This document shows, piece by piece, positions 17,459 to 28,234 of a DNA stretch of 64,000 nt. The position numbers were made by a program, and so were the translations under genes. Each line of letters opens with the position of its first letter. Within the stretch, counting starts at the first letter, position 1. Below the pieces are notes generated by a model that searched no databases, had not been told where the DNA came from, and was given only the letters and a program-made list of their open reading frames with translations. Source of the DNA: Candidatus Hydrothermarchaeum profundi (GTDB lineage Archaea; Hydrothermarchaeota; Hydrothermarchaeia; Hydrothermarchaeales; Hydrothermarchaeaceae); assembly GCA_002011125.2 (NCBI GenBank), contig MTMF02000009.1, positions 936,989 through 1,000,988 on the forward strand. The letters are read 5' to 3'.

Positions 17459-18967
17459 ATGAATCTCCCAAAATCTGTTAAGATTTTTGATACTACGTTG
17501 AGGGATGGGGAACAGACGCCCAGTGTGGCATTAACGGTTGGAGAAAAAGTTACGATTGCTAGACAGCTTGATAAGCTTGGAGTAGATATAATAGAAGCAG
17601 GTTTTCCTATCTCTTCAAAGGGAGAAAAAAAAGCTGTTTCGAAAATAGCTGAAGAAGGATTGACTTCAAAGGTATGTGGCTTATCTAGAGTGTTAACCAA
17701 TGATATAGACGCTTGCTTAGACTGCGATGTTGACATGGTTCATACGTTTGTATCTACCTCAGATATTCAACTTGAGCACACACTGAAGAAAAGCAAAGAA
17801 GAAGTTCTGCAGATGGCTGTAAACGCCGTTTCCTATATCAAAGATCATGGAGTAGAATGTCTTTTCTCCGCAATGGATGCGACTAGAACTGATGTAGATT
17901 ATTTGATTAAAATTTATAAAGCTGTGGAAGAGGCTGGGGCGGACATAATAAACATACCTGATACAGTGGGAGTCATGATTCCTCCAGCTATGAGACTTTT
18001 GACTAGTGAGGTATATAACGCAGTAAAAATACCGATTGATGTACATTGCCATAATGATTTTGGCCTTGCTGTGGCTAATAGTCTAGCAGCGGTTGAAGCT
18101 GGGGCTAGTGAGGTGCAGTGTACCATTAATGGTTTAGGTGAAAGGGCAGGAAACGCGGACTTAGAGGAGATTGTAATGAGCCTTACCTCAATTTATGGAG
18201 TAAAGACAAATATTAAGACCCAGTATCTGTTTGAGACTTCCAAGCTTGTAGAAAGACTTACGGGTGTAAAGATGCCTCCTAACTTCCCTATAGTAGGGGA
18301 AAACGCATTTTCTCATGAATCAGGTATCCATACACATGGAGTGATTTCCAAAGCAGAAACGTTTGAGCCGGGGCTTATGACCCCTGAGATGGTAGGCCAT
18401 AAGCGAAGAATAGTTTCAGGAAAACATGCAGGAACGCATGGAGTGTTAGCAATGCTAGAAGAAATGGGGGTCAAAGTGAATGAAGAAATGCTCAGAGAAA
18501 TTACAATGAGAGTGAAGGACTTAGGTGACAAGGGTAAGCGTGTTACTGACGCTGATCTCAAAGCTATAGCTGAAGCGGTTATGGGAGAAGTCGAAAAAGA
18601 AAAGAAAATAGTTGACTTGAAGGAGTTAGCGGTGATGACGGGGAATATGGTACTTCCTACTGCTAGTGTGAAATTGAGATTTAAAGACAAAGAGTTAGTT
18701 GGTGCGGATATTGGAGTTGGACCCGTGGATGCAGCTCTTAATGCAGTAAGAAGAGTTGTAAAAGGTGTTGAGGATATTAAACTTACAGAATATAATCTAG
18801 AGGCTATAACTGGGGGGTCAGATGCTCTTGCGGAAGTCCTAGTGAAATTGGAAGATAGCAAGGGAAATGTTGTAACTGGTAGAGCAGCTAGAGAGGATAT
18901 CGTAATGGCGTCTGTAGAGGCAATGATATCCGGGATAAATAGGATTTTCTTATTAAGAGAAAAATAG
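17459..18967 (+). CDS. leuA: 2-isopropylmalate synthase (archaeal type)
   Basis: DTTLRDGEQ, HCHNDFG, GERAGN, HESGIHTHG, C-terminal regulatory domain GPVDA; alternative start at 17435. Confidence 0.85.
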   Translation: MNLPKSVKIFDTTLRDGEQTPSVALTVGEKVTIARQLDKLGVDIIEAGFPISSKGEKKAVSKIAEEGLTSKVCGLSRVLTNDIDACLDCDVDMVHTFVSTSDIQLEHTLKKSKEEVLQMAVNAVSYIKDHGVECLFSAMDATRTDVDYLIKIYKAVEEAGADIINIPDTVGVMIPPAMRLLTSEVYNAVKIPIDVHCHNDFGLAVANSLAAVEAGASEVQCTINGLGERAGNADLEEIVMSLTSIYGVKTNIKTQYLFETSKLVERLTGVKMPPNFPIVGENAFSHESGIHTHGVISKAETFEPGLMTPEMVGHKRRIVSGKHAGTHGVLAMLEEMGVKVNEEMLREITMRVKDLGDKGKRVTDADLKAIAEAVMGEVEKEKKIVDLKELAVMTGNMVLPTASVKLRFKDKELVGADIGVGPVDAALNAVRRVVKGVEDIKLTEYNLEAITGGSDALAEVLVKLEDSKGNVVTGRAAREDIVMASVEAMISGINRIFLLREK

Positions 18968-18989
18968 TTTTCAAATGTTAATCTGAGCC

Positions 18990-19036
18990 ATAGGTTTATA
19001 TATTCTAGTCGATTTAATCTTCAGGAGGAGAAAAAA
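18990..19036 (+). promoter_or_regulatory. Putative TATA promoter and strong SD in front of the cimA leader
   Basis: TTTATATA at 18995-19002; AGGAGG at 19023-19028. Confidence 0.55.
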
Positions 19037-19072
19037 ATGAAAGAACTAAAAGTGGGGGATCGCTTTATTTGA
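19037..19072 (+). CDS. Putative leader peptide [11 protein letters not shown] upstream of cimA
   Basis: AGGAGGAGAAAAAA-ATG; 11 codons then TGA, ending 10 nt before the cimA ATG. Confidence 0.45.
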   Translation: MKELKVGDRFI

Positions 19073-19082
19073 TCCTAAGGAA

Positions 19083-20642
19083 ATGCCTAAGGAAGTCAAA
19101 ATCTACGATACCACTCTTAGAGATGGGGCGCAATCAGAGAATATATCTTTTTCATTAGAGGACAAGTTGCGCATAGCCAAGAAACTAGATGATCTTGGCA
19201 TACATTATATTGAGGGGGGGTGGCCTGGATCAAATCCAAAAGATATGGAGTTTTTTAGAAAGGTTAAGAAATTAAATCTCAAAGCTAAAATTGTCCCATT
19301 CGGTAGTACGAAAAGGGCAGACAGCAGCGTTGAAAAAGATCGAAACCTGAGAGCCCTTCTAGAGACCAATATGAAGACTGTTTGTATATTCGGTAAGACT
19401 TGGGACCTTCATGTAAGACATGTCCTCGGTACCGGACTTGACAAAAACTTGAAGATGATTGAGGAGTCGATAGAATACCTTAAGTCGAAAGACCTTGAGG
19501 TAATATTTGATGCAGAGCACTTTTTTGATGCCTATATTAGCAATTCTTTATATGCGATTGAAGCTTTGAAGGCTGCTAGAGAAGCGAATTGTATCGTGCT
19601 TTGTGATACTAATGGTGGAAGTATCCCCTTTGAGATCCAGCGGATAATAAGGGAGGTAAAAAAGCACATTAAGACACCGTTGGGAATTCATGCCCATAAT
19701 GATTCTGATATGGCGGTTGCAAATAGTATAATCGCAGTTCGCACGGGCGTAATTCAAGTCCAGGGAACAATTAATGGCTTTGGTGAACGTTGTGGTAATG
19801 CGAATCTATGTTCTATAATTCCAAATTTGAAGTTAAAGTTGGGAATAAACTGCATAACAGATGAGCAGCTTAAAAAATTAACTAGCGTCTCTAGGTTCGT
19901 AAGCGAGATTGCGAATGTGAGTTTGCCCACTAATATGCCGTATGTAGGGGAAAGTGCTTTTGCACATAAGGGAGGCGTACATGTTGACGCTGTACTAAAG
20001 AAGGCGGAGACTTATGAACATGTTAAGCCCGAATTGGTGGGGAACTATAGAAGAATCTTAGTTTCAGAACTTGCTGGAAAAAGCACCATATTAGTCAAGG
20101 CTAGGGAATACGGTTTAGATTTAAAGAAGGATACCCCTGAAACTAGAAAAATATTAGAGAAACTAAAAGAAATGGAGAATCAAGGATATCAGTTCGAAGG
20201 GGCAGAAGCTAGCTTTGAGTTGCTAATGAAAAAGGCGTTAGGGACGTATAAAAGTTTTTTTGAGATGAAAGGTTTTAAAGTGATAGTGGATGCTAGAGAT
20301 GGGGAGCTAATCGCAGAAGCAACGGTTAAAGTAAGAGTAGATGGAAAGGAAGAACACACAGCGGCAGAAGGAAATGGTCCAGTAAATGCTTTGGATAATG
20401 CATTGAGGAAAGCCTTAGAAAAATTCTATCCGGTGTTAAAGGAAGTCCGTTTATCTGATTATAAAGTTAGGGTATTGGACGAAAAGAGGGGAACAGGCGC
20501 CAAGGTTAGGGTACTGATCCAGTCTAGGGATGATAAGTCTTCTTGGGGAACTGTAGGTGTTTCCGAGAACATAATAGAGGCGAGTTGGATTGCTCTCTCT
20601 GATAGCATAGATTATAAGCTAATGAAAGAATTATCTCCGTAA
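19083..20642 (+). CDS. cimA: Citramalate synthase (bacterial-type CimA / LeuA-related)
   Basis: [50 protein letters not shown]. Confidence 0.85.
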   Translation: MPKEVKIYDTTLRDGAQSENISFSLEDKLRIAKKLDDLGIHYIEGGWPGSNPKDMEFFRKVKKLNLKAKIVPFGSTKRADSSVEKDRNLRALLETNMKTVCIFGKTWDLHVRHVLGTGLDKNLKMIEESIEYLKSKDLEVIFDAEHFFDAYISNSLYAIEALKAAREANCIVLCDTNGGSIPFEIQRIIREVKKHIKTPLGIHAHNDSDMAVANSIIAVRTGVIQVQGTINGFGERCGNANLCSIIPNLKLKLGINCITDEQLKKLTSVSRFVSEIANVSLPTNMPYVGESAFAHKGGVHVDAVLKKAETYEHVKPELVGNYRRILVSELAGKSTILVKAREYGLDLKKDTPETRKILEKLKEMENQGYQFEGAEASFELLMKKALGTYKSFFEMKGFKVIVDARDGELIAEATVKVRVDGKEEHTAAEGNGPVNALDNALRKALEKFYPVLKEVRLSDYKVRVLDEKRGTGAKVRVLIQSRDDKSSWGTVGVSENIIEASWIALSDSIDYKLMKELSP

Positions 20643-20704
20643 GATTTATAACATTTGCAGGGTTTACCTTCTAAATCAAATCAATTCTAAAGGGTTGTTC
20701 TAAT

Positions 20705-22384
20705 ATGAAAATGAAAGGTGCAGAAGCCATTGTCAAAGCATTGGAGAAAGAAGGAGTAGAAGTCATGTTCGGGATACCTGGGGGAGCCTCTATACCAATA
20801 TACGATGTACTCTACGATTCAAGCATCCGGCACATTCTAACGAGACATGAGCAGGCGGCTGCTCATGCTGCTGATGGGTATGCCAGAGTAAGCGGTAAAG
20901 TTGGTGTTTGCTCCGCTACTTCTGGTCCAGGAGCTACGAATCTTACTACTGGCTTAGTTAATGCATATATGGATTCATATCCTGTGGTTGCTATAACTGG
21001 GCAAGTAGCAACCATTTTCATAGGGAAGGACGCTTTTCAGGAAGCAGATACTATTGGAATTACAATGTCAGCTACTAAGCATAACTTTCAGCTTAGATCG
21101 GTAGAAGAGATTCCGACTGTAGTAAAAAATGCTTTCACGATAGCTAGCACAGGTAGACCTGGTCCAGTATTAATAGATGTTCCAAAAGATATACAGGAAA
21201 AAGAGGGGGATATTAAATTTCCAAAAAAAGCAGAGATTATAGGCTATAAACCAACCTTGAAAGGTCATCCTAGACAAATTAAAAAAGCAGCTGAACTACT
21301 TTTGAATGCTGAAAGACCGATTATACTCGCTGGAGGAGGCGTAATATTATCTGGCGCGACAGATGAATTGCGTAGGTTGTCTGACCTTTTAGGTATTCCT
21401 GTTGCTACAACTCTAATGGGTAAGGGTTCATTCCCTGAGGACCATCCACTGGCTTTAGGTATGGTAGGGATGCATGGTAGAAAAGCTGCTAATTATGCTA
21501 TAAATGATGCCGACGTACTATTAGCCATTGGATGCAGATTTTCCGATAGGACTACAGGTCTAGTAAGCTGTTTTGCTCCTGAAGCGTATATTATCCATGT
21601 AGACATAGATCCGGCTGAAATAGGGAAAAACGTCAATGTGCACCTACCGATTGTAGGCGATGCCAAGCAGGTATTAAAAGATTTACTGAAATTTTTGAGA
21701 GAGAAAATAAGGAAAGGACATGAGACTGAGTGGATGCGTAAGGTTATGGAATACAAAAAAGAGTTCCAGCCTAAAATGGACTATAAGGATGTACCGTTAA
21801 AGCCTCAGAAGGTCGTAAAAGAGATAATGGACACTATTGGGGAAGACGATATTGTGGTTACAGAAGTAGGTCAATGTCAAATGTGGGCCGCTCATTATCT
21901 AGCTAGGACTAAACCCAAAACTTTTATTTCCTCGGGTGGCCTTGGGACGATGGGCTTCGGTTTTCCTGCGTCAATGGGAGCTAAGATAGCTAAGCCGGAT
22001 GTTAATGTCATAGATATAGCTGGAGATGGAAGTTTCTTGATGAACTGTCAGGAATTAGCGACGGTTGTTGAAAATGATATTCCTGTTGTCGTAGCAGTAT
22101 TGGATAACCACTATTTGGGAATGGTGCGTCAGTGGCAGGAGCTATTTTACAATAGGAGATATTCGGCCGTTGACTTAGGTAATACGCCTGACTTTGTAAA
22201 ACTTGCTGAGGCATTTGGGGCCAAAGGTATCCGAGTTGAAAATCCTGAGGAAATCGGGCCTGCGGTAAAAGATGCTTTTGAATCTGGGAGGCCTACTGTA
22301 TTAGATATAATAGTGAATCCGGAGGAGAACATATTCCCAATGGTTCCTCCTGGAAGGTGTTTAAAGGATATTATTGAGGGGTGA
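20705..22384 (+). CDS. ilvB: Acetolactate synthase large subunit
   Basis: RHEQAAAHAADGYAR, SGGLGTMGFG, TPP motif GDGSF, GMVRQWQ. Confidence 0.95.
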   Translation: MKMKGAEAIVKALEKEGVEVMFGIPGGASIPIYDVLYDSSIRHILTRHEQAAAHAADGYARVSGKVGVCSATSGPGATNLTTGLVNAYMDSYPVVAITGQVATIFIGKDAFQEADTIGITMSATKHNFQLRSVEEIPTVVKNAFTIASTGRPGPVLIDVPKDIQEKEGDIKFPKKAEIIGYKPTLKGHPRQIKKAAELLLNAERPIILAGGGVILSGATDELRRLSDLLGIPVATTLMGKGSFPEDHPLALGMVGMHGRKAANYAINDADVLLAIGCRFSDRTTGLVSCFAPEAYIIHVDIDPAEIGKNVNVHLPIVGDAKQVLKDLLKFLREKIRKGHETEWMRKVMEYKKEFQPKMDYKDVPLKPQKVVKEIMDTIGEDDIVVTEVGQCQMWAAHYLARTKPKTFISSGGLGTMGFGFPASMGAKIAKPDVNVIDIAGDGSFLMNCQELATVVENDIPVVVAVLDNHYLGMVRQWQELFYNRRYSAVDLGNTPDFVKLAEAFGAKGIRVENPEEIGPAVKDAFESGRPTVLDIIVNPEENIFPMVPPGRCLKDIIEG

Positions 22385-22387
22385 AGA

Positions 22388-22879
22388 ATGATGGAGGAAT
22401 CTCATATTCTAACTGCTCTGGTGGAAGATAGACCCGGTGTTATGCAAAGAGTTTCCGGTCTTTTCAGAAAGAGAAATTTCAATATAGATAGCATCTCTGT
22501 CGGGCATTCAGAAAAGAAAGGAGTTTCCAGAATGACCCTTACGGTTACAGGGGATGATAAAGTATTAGAACAGGTGATAAAACAGCTTAATAAGCTAGTG
22601 GAAGTTATAAAGGTATCTAAGATTGATAAGAGCGACTGTGTTGCCCGTGAACTTGCTTTGGTCAAGGTTGTAACTAAGAGTGAGAATATACGAGCTGAGA
22701 TCGTTCAGTATGCTAACATTTTTCGGGGAAGGATAGTAGATGTTAGGAAAGACTCCTTAATTGTTGAAATCACTGGAGATAGTGCTAAAATCGATGCTTT
22801 TGAAAAGCTAATGGAGTCTTATGGAATAAAGGAGTTGGCTAGAACCGGTATAACTGCGATGACCAGGAGTTCGAAATAA
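22388..22879 (+). CDS. ilvN: Acetolactate synthase small subunit
   Basis: ACT domain DRPGVMQRVSGLF, KQLNKL, RELALVKV, ELARTG. Confidence 0.93.
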   Translation: MMEESHILTALVEDRPGVMQRVSGLFRKRNFNIDSISVGHSEKKGVSRMTLTVTGDDKVLEQVIKQLNKLVEVIKVSKIDKSDCVARELALVKVVTKSENIRAEIVQYANIFRGRIVDVRKDSLIVEITGDSAKIDAFEKLMESYGIKELARTGITAMTRSSK

Positions 22880-22891
22880 GGAGGAAATAAA

Positions 22892-23869
22892 ATGATCTAT
22901 TATGATAAGGATGTGAAATTAGATATTCTTAAAGATAAAACTATAGCAGTTATTGGTTATGGCATTCAAGGGGCGGCCCAGTCACAATGTATGCAGGACT
23001 CAGGGCTAGATGTTGTAGTTGGTCTCAGAGAGGGTGGCCCCTCTTGGAAAAGAGCAGTTAAGGATGGGATGAGGGCTCTACCGATATCTGATGCTGCTAA
23101 GAGGGGAGATGTAGTTCATATCCTCATTCCAGACGAGATACAATCCAAAGTATACTACGAGCATATCCATGAAAATTTAGAAGAAGGTAACGCCTTAAGT
23201 TTCTCGCATGGATTTAATATTAGGTTTAACCAGATAGTTCCCCCAGAAAATGTGGATGTTATCATGGTGGCTCCTAAGGGTCCTGGGGCTATGGTCAGGA
23301 GGGAATATTTGTCTGGATCTGGCGTTCCCGCTTTGATCGCTGTTGAGCAGGATTACACGAAAAATGCTAAAGAAAAAGCTCTAGCTATGGCAAAGGCGAT
23401 CGGGGCAACTAGAGTTGGTGTTCTGGAGACTACTTTTGCTGAGGAGACCGAAACAGACTTATTTGGTGAGCAAGTTGATCTATGCGGTGGTTCTGCGGAG
23501 CTTGTGAAGGCTGCTTTCGAAACACTTGTGGAGGCAGGATATCAGCCGGAGATTGCATATTTTGAGTGCATGCATGAGTTAAAATTGATTGTTGATTTAT
23601 ACTATAAACAAGGTATTGAAGGAATGTGGAGGAATGTCTCTAACACAGCAGAATATGGTGGGAGAACGAGAGGCCCCAGAATAATTTCGCCTGAAGTGAA
23701 AAAGAATATGAAGGCTATATTGCGAGATATTCAGTCAGGAGCTTTTGCAAAGGAATGGGTCCTTGAAAACCAGGCTGGAGCTCCAATTTTGAATAGCCTA
23801 CGTAAAAGAGGAAAAGAGCATCCTATCGAAAAAGTCGGCAAAAAACTTAGAAAAATGATGAACCTGTAA
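22892..23869 (+). CDS. ilvC: Ketol-acid reductoisomerase
   Basis: [35 protein letters not shown]. Confidence 0.95.
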   Translation: MIYYDKDVKLDILKDKTIAVIGYGIQGAAQSQCMQDSGLDVVVGLREGGPSWKRAVKDGMRALPISDAAKRGDVVHILIPDEIQSKVYYEHIHENLEEGNALSFSHGFNIRFNQIVPPENVDVIMVAPKGPGAMVRREYLSGSGVPALIAVEQDYTKNAKEKALAMAKAIGATRVGVLETTFAEETETDLFGEQVDLCGGSAELVKAAFETLVEAGYQPEIAYFECMHELKLIVDLYYKQGIEGMWRNVSNTAEYGGRTRGPRIISPEVKKNMKAILRDIQSGAFAKEWVLENQAGAPILNSLRKRGKEHPIEKVGKKLRKMMNL

Positions 23870-23957
23870 TTCTTTTAATCTTCTTACTTTGGAGAAAGCT
23901 ACCTTCCTTTTATGGCATGACATATGATTATATATCGCTAGTAGCAACTCTTATAAT

Positions 23958-26315
23958 ATGAAGGGCCTTTTGCTAGACATTGACTATAAAACTAGAGATG
24001 AGAAAGCAGTAGTTAGACTTTTTTTCAAAGGCGAGAAAGAGAACTTTATTGCTGAAGACGATACTTTTTATCCATACCTATATGTTTTGCCGACTACAGA
24101 TGACTTAGACTTACTTAAGGAGAATATAAAGAGATTAGAACAAGTCGTGGATGTTAGTGAGGAGCATAAGATTAATGGAAGAGAGATTCTAGTGTTAAAG
24201 GTTGTTGCCAAGCATCCTCAGGAAGTACCGAGATTACGTGCGATTTTAAAAGAAATTATTGGGCCTAACGCAGTATATGAACATGATATCCCGTTTGTTA
24301 GGCGGTATCTTATTGATAAAAAATTAATTCCTCTCACGTGGGTGGAAATTGAAGGCGATACCGTTGATGGAGTACTAAAAATAAGAAACTTCAAGCCTAT
24401 TGGAGGAAAATTTAACCCAGTTGTACTAGTCTTCGATATCGAAGTATATAATCCTAAAGGAGCTCCTAGGGCAGATAAAGATCCTATCATAATGATAAGT
24501 TTAGCGTCCACTACAGGCCTGAGGAAAGTTTTGACTTGGAGGAAACTAGAGAGCGATATGGATTATGTGGAAGTTCTAGAAGATGAGAAAGCTATACTAA
24601 AAAGATTCGAGGAAATAGTACGGGAAGAGAATCCTGATGTAATTGTAGGTTATAATACGGATAACTTTGACTTTCCATATATAAAGGAAAGGATTAAAAA
24701 ACTAAATACGGAGTTAGGTTTGGGGTGGGATAATTCCGAAGCTATTGTAACTAAGAGGAGAGGTCTATATGAGGCTAAAGTTAAGGGGAGGCCCCATATA
24801 GATATATACCCTATTGTAAGGAGGTCTATAAAGCTAACAAGCTATGTACTGGAAGATGTTGTAAGAGAGGTTTTAGAGGTAGATAAAGAGAAAATATCTA
24901 GCGATAAGCTTTGGCAATACTGGGATCATGGAGGAAAAGAACTTCAAGAGTTAATAAAATACTCGCTGGAGGATGCCGATTTCACATTGCAACTATGTGA
25001 AAAGTTCTTACCTCTTTATATTGAACTTTCTAGACTCGTGGGACAGACGCTACATGATGTAAGTAGGATGACTGCTGGCCAATTGGTTGAATGGTTGTTG
25101 ATGAAAGAGGCTGCTAGTAGGGGAAGTCTTATTCCTAATAGAGCTGGTGGAGAAGAGTTTCACCGTAGGAGGGAGGAGACATATGTAGGTGGGTATGTAA
25201 AGGAACCTAAAAAAGGGCTTTCAGAGAACATAGCGGTTTTTGATTTTAGAAGCCTATATCCTAGCGTTATAGTAACTCATAATATAGACCCGTTTACCTT
25301 TAACACGGAGGGGAAAGGAGATAAAGCTCCCGAATTTGAATACTGGTTTGATAAAGAGAAAAAAGGGTTTATACCTGCTATATTAGAGAATCTGATTGAA
25401 AATAGGTTGAATATTAAAAAGAGGATGAAAAAAGAAGTAGATCCAGTAAAGAGGAGAATATTGGATGTAGAGCAAAGGGCTTTAAAAATACTTGCCAATA
25501 GTTTTTACGGATACATGGGGTATCCTAGGGCAAGGTGGTACAAGAAAGAATGTGCGGAGAGTGTAACATCCTTCGCTAGGATGTATATTAAAAAAGTCAT
25601 GAGTATAGCTGAAGAAAAATTCGGCTTAGAGGTTGTCTATGGTGATACGGATTCCCTTTTCGTCGTAGTTCCTGAAGGGAAAAAAGAGAAGGTATTTGAA
25701 TTTTTAGATTTAGTTAATAAGGAACTGCCTGGTATAATTGAACTCGAGTTTGAAGACTTTTATCCGCGAGGGCTATTTGTTACTAAAAAGAGGTACGCCC
25801 TGATAAATGAGGAGGGAAAAGTCATTGTTAAAGGCTTAGAATTCGTGCGTAGGGATTGGGCTCCTATTGCCAAGAAAACCCAAGAAAGAGTACTCCACGC
25901 TCTGTTAAAGGATGCTTCTCCAGAGAAAGCTGCACGGATAGTTAGGAAGGTCGTTGAGGACATAAGAAACAGGAGAGTATCACTAGAGGACATAACGATT
26001 TATACACAGCTTACTAAGAAGATTTCCTCATATAAGAATATTGAGCCCCATGTAGAAGTCGCTAAAAAACTTCAGGAAAGGGGAGTCGAGATTACTCCTG
26101 GCATGACCTTAGGGTATGTTATTGTAAAAGGTACTAAACTAATTTCGAAGAGAGCTGAGCCCGTTGAATTTGTTACCCTAGAGGATTATGACCCAGAATA
26201 TTACATAGAGAATCAAATAATGCCAGCTGTTTTGAGGATATTTGAGGCAACGGGATATTCGAAGGATTATCTTAAATTTGGTGTTACTCAGGAGAGTATT
26301 GAAAAATGGTTTTGA
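23958..26315 (+). CDS. polB: Family B DNA polymerase (euryarchaeal PolB3), intein-free
   Basis: Exonuclease FDIE, YNTDNFDF; polymerase DFRSLYPS, KILANSFYGY, YGDTDS; N-terminal uracil-pocket-like HPQEVP/EHDIPF. Confidence 0.96.
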   Translation: MKGLLLDIDYKTRDEKAVVRLFFKGEKENFIAEDDTFYPYLYVLPTTDDLDLLKENIKRLEQVVDVSEEHKINGREILVLKVVAKHPQEVPRLRAILKEIIGPNAVYEHDIPFVRRYLIDKKLIPLTWVEIEGDTVDGVLKIRNFKPIGGKFNPVVLVFDIEVYNPKGAPRADKDPIIMISLASTTGLRKVLTWRKLESDMDYVEVLEDEKAILKRFEEIVREENPDVIVGYNTDNFDFPYIKERIKKLNTELGLGWDNSEAIVTKRRGLYEAKVKGRPHIDIYPIVRRSIKLTSYVLEDVVREVLEVDKEKISSDKLWQYWDHGGKELQELIKYSLEDADFTLQLCEKFLPLYIELSRLVGQTLHDVSRMTAGQLVEWLLMKEAASRGSLIPNRAGGEEFHRRREETYVGGYVKEPKKGLSENIAVFDFRSLYPSVIVTHNIDPFTFNTEGKGDKAPEFEYWFDKEKKGFIPAILENLIENRLNIKKRMKKEVDPVKRRILDVEQRALKILANSFYGYMGYPRARWYKKECAESVTSFARMYIKKVMSIAEEKFGLEVVYGDTDSLFVVVPEGKKEKVFEFLDLVNKELPGIIELEFEDFYPRGLFVTKKRYALINEEGKVIVKGLEFVRRDWAPIAKKTQERVLHALLKDASPEKAARIVRKVVEDIRNRRVSLEDITIYTQLTKKISSYKNIEPHVEVAKKLQERGVEITPGMTLGYVIVKGTKLISKRAEPVEFVTLEDYDPEYYIENQIMPAVLRIFEATGYSKDYLKFGVTQESIEKWF

Positions 26316-26995
26316 AAGCGATTTTTTTCGACATAGATGATACTTTATATGACAGTAGCAAGCTAACAGCAATGGCTAGGATGAATTCTATTAAAGCTAT
26401 GATTGATTCAGGTCTACCCGAAAAAGACGAGAATAAAGTATATAAAATACTGGAGGGTATCATAGCAAAGTTTGGTCCGAACTATGGTAAGCATTACGAT
26501 GAGCTTCTGAGAGAGTTAGGGCTAAAATGGGATCCTAAGATAATTGCCGCCGGCGTTGTCGCATATGAGCATACTAAAGTTGGCTACCTGAAGCCGTTTC
26601 CCGGGGTTATCCCCACCTTATTAGAGCTGAAAAAGAATTATAAGATAGGCGTTATATCTAACGGCCTTGCGGTTAAACAGTGGGAAAAGCTTATTGGATT
26701 AGGTATTCATCATTTTATGGATATAGTGGTAACTTCAGAGGAAGTGGGTGTAGAAAAGCCCGATAAGAAAATTTTTGAGCATGCTATTAATGAGCTTGGA
26801 TTACTCCCAACTGAGTGTGTTATGGTGGGTGATAGGCTCGATACCGATATCGCAGGAGGCAAAGGGGTTGGAATGTACACTGTTCGTATAAAGAAAGGTA
26901 AGAGGGCAGCCGAGAAGTCAGGTATAGAGAATCTCCCAGATTATGAGACTAGCGATTTTAGCGAATTGCCAGGAATCTTGGAAAAAATAGAATAA
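26306..26995 (+). CDS. HAD-superfamily hydrolase
   Basis: FFDIDDTL, SNG, EKP, MVGDRLDTD. Confidence 0.9.
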   Translation: MVLKAIFFDIDDTLYDSSKLTAMARMNSIKAMIDSGLPEKDENKVYKILEGIIAKFGPNYGKHYDELLRELGLKWDPKIIAAGVVAYEHTKVGYLKPFPGVIPTLLELKKNYKIGVISNGLAVKQWEKLIGLGIHHFMDIVVTSEEVGVEKPDKKIFEHAINELGLLPTECVMVGDRLDTDIAGGKGVGMYTVRIKKGKRAAEKSGIENLPDYETSDFSELPGILEKIE

Positions 26996-26999
26996 TGAT

Positions 27000-27266
27000 A
27001 TGACTGGAAAAAAAGACTATTTAATTTACTTTGTAGCAATAGTAGTAGGCATAGTGGTTGAGATTTTGGGTATTAGGTTTGAGGGAGTGATGATGAGAAT
27101 GAATCTCTCAGCTAGAGTAGGATTTTTGATCTCTCTTTTTCTACTTATATTTAGCCCCTTTTTTACAACGGGAGTAATTGTTTACAAGCTCACTGGGGAA
27201 CTTATGAAAGGAGTAGTTCTCTCAGCATTAGTTTTTGCGCTTTCGCTGATTATTCTCTTGATATAA
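27000..27266 (+). CDS. Small membrane protein (about 3 TM)
   Basis: Hydrophobic 88-aa ORF directly after the HAD gene. Confidence 0.6.
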   Translation: MTGKKDYLIYFVAIVVGIVVEILGIRFEGVMMRMNLSARVGFLISLFLLIFSPFFTTGVIVYKLTGELMKGVVLSALVFALSLIILLI

Positions 27267-27346
27267 ATAAATCTTCATTAAGTTTTTATTAGTCATGGAA
27301 TTATAATGGAAAACGATTCTTAAACATAAAAGCGAGCTGATGGTAG

Positions 27347-28234
27347 ATGAAAGAAAAAGAAAAATATCTAGAGGCTGGAAGGATAGCAGCAGAGGTAATG
27401 GATGAAGGGTACAGAGAGATAAAAGAAGGCGTAAAGCTATTAGATCTCGCTAATTATGTTGAAAAATTGATATATGAAAAGGGAGCTAAACCTGCGTTTC
27501 CGTGTAATATCTCGGTTAACTCGGTTGCTGCTCATTACTCGCCAGATGCATGGGATGAAACGGTGATTAAAAAGAGCGATCTGGTTAAGCTTGACTTAGG
27601 AGTGCATGTTAACGGATACATAGCTGACATCGCAAGATCGAAAATAGTTGGAGGAAATAAAAGCGATCTAATAAAGGCCGCGGAAGAAGCATTAGAAAAC
27701 GTGATTGAGGCAATAAAACCTGGTGTAACTACAAGCGAGCTTGGAGAAGCTGTTGAAAAGACCATCGAAAGCTACGGTTATAGGCCTATAGTAAATCTTA
27801 CTGGACACATGTTAACGAGGTGGAATTTACACGGCGGAATAACGATACCAAATATTAAAACCACTTCAGGAGAAACATTGAAAGAGGGCCAGGTTTTCGC
27901 TATCGAGCCCTTTGCTACGGATGGGGAAGGGAGGGTAGTGGATGAACCAAATGCCATAATTTTTAGATATCTGCAAGACCGCCCACTACGGATAAAAGAG
28001 GCGAGAGAGATATTAAAATACGTTAAAGATAATTATAATACCTTACCTTTTGCGGAAAGATGGATAGCCCATTTAGTCCCACGATTTAAACTTAACCAAG
28101 CTCTACGGCAACTCGTATTTACAAAAGCGATATATGCATATCATATTCTGAGAGAAAAAAAGAGGGGTCTTGTGTCACAGGCAGAACATACAGTAATAGT
28201 TACAAAGAATGGCTGTGAAGTCACGACTCTATGA
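27347..28234 (+). CDS. map: Methionine aminopeptidase type II
   Basis: AFPCNIS, AAHYSP, DLGVHVNGYIAD, NLTGH, IEPFAT, SQAEHT. Confidence 0.95.
   Translation: MKEKEKYLEAGRIAAEVMDEGYREIKEGVKLLDLANYVEKLIYEKGAKPAFPCNISVNSVAAHYSPDAWDETVIKKSDLVKLDLGVHVNGYIADIARSKIVGGNKSDLIKAAEEALENVIEAIKPGVTTSELGEAVEKTIESYGYRPIVNLTGHMLTRWNLHGGITIPNIKTTSGETLKEGQVFAIEPFATDGEGRVVDEPNAIIFRYLQDRPLRIKEAREILKYVKDNYNTLPFAERWIAHLVPRFKLNQALRQLVFTKAIYAYHILREKKRGLVSQAEHTVIVTKNGCEVTTL

Noticed and set aside
23958-26315. Intein in PolB
   Set aside because: 785 aa with contiguous polymerase motifs and no insertion.
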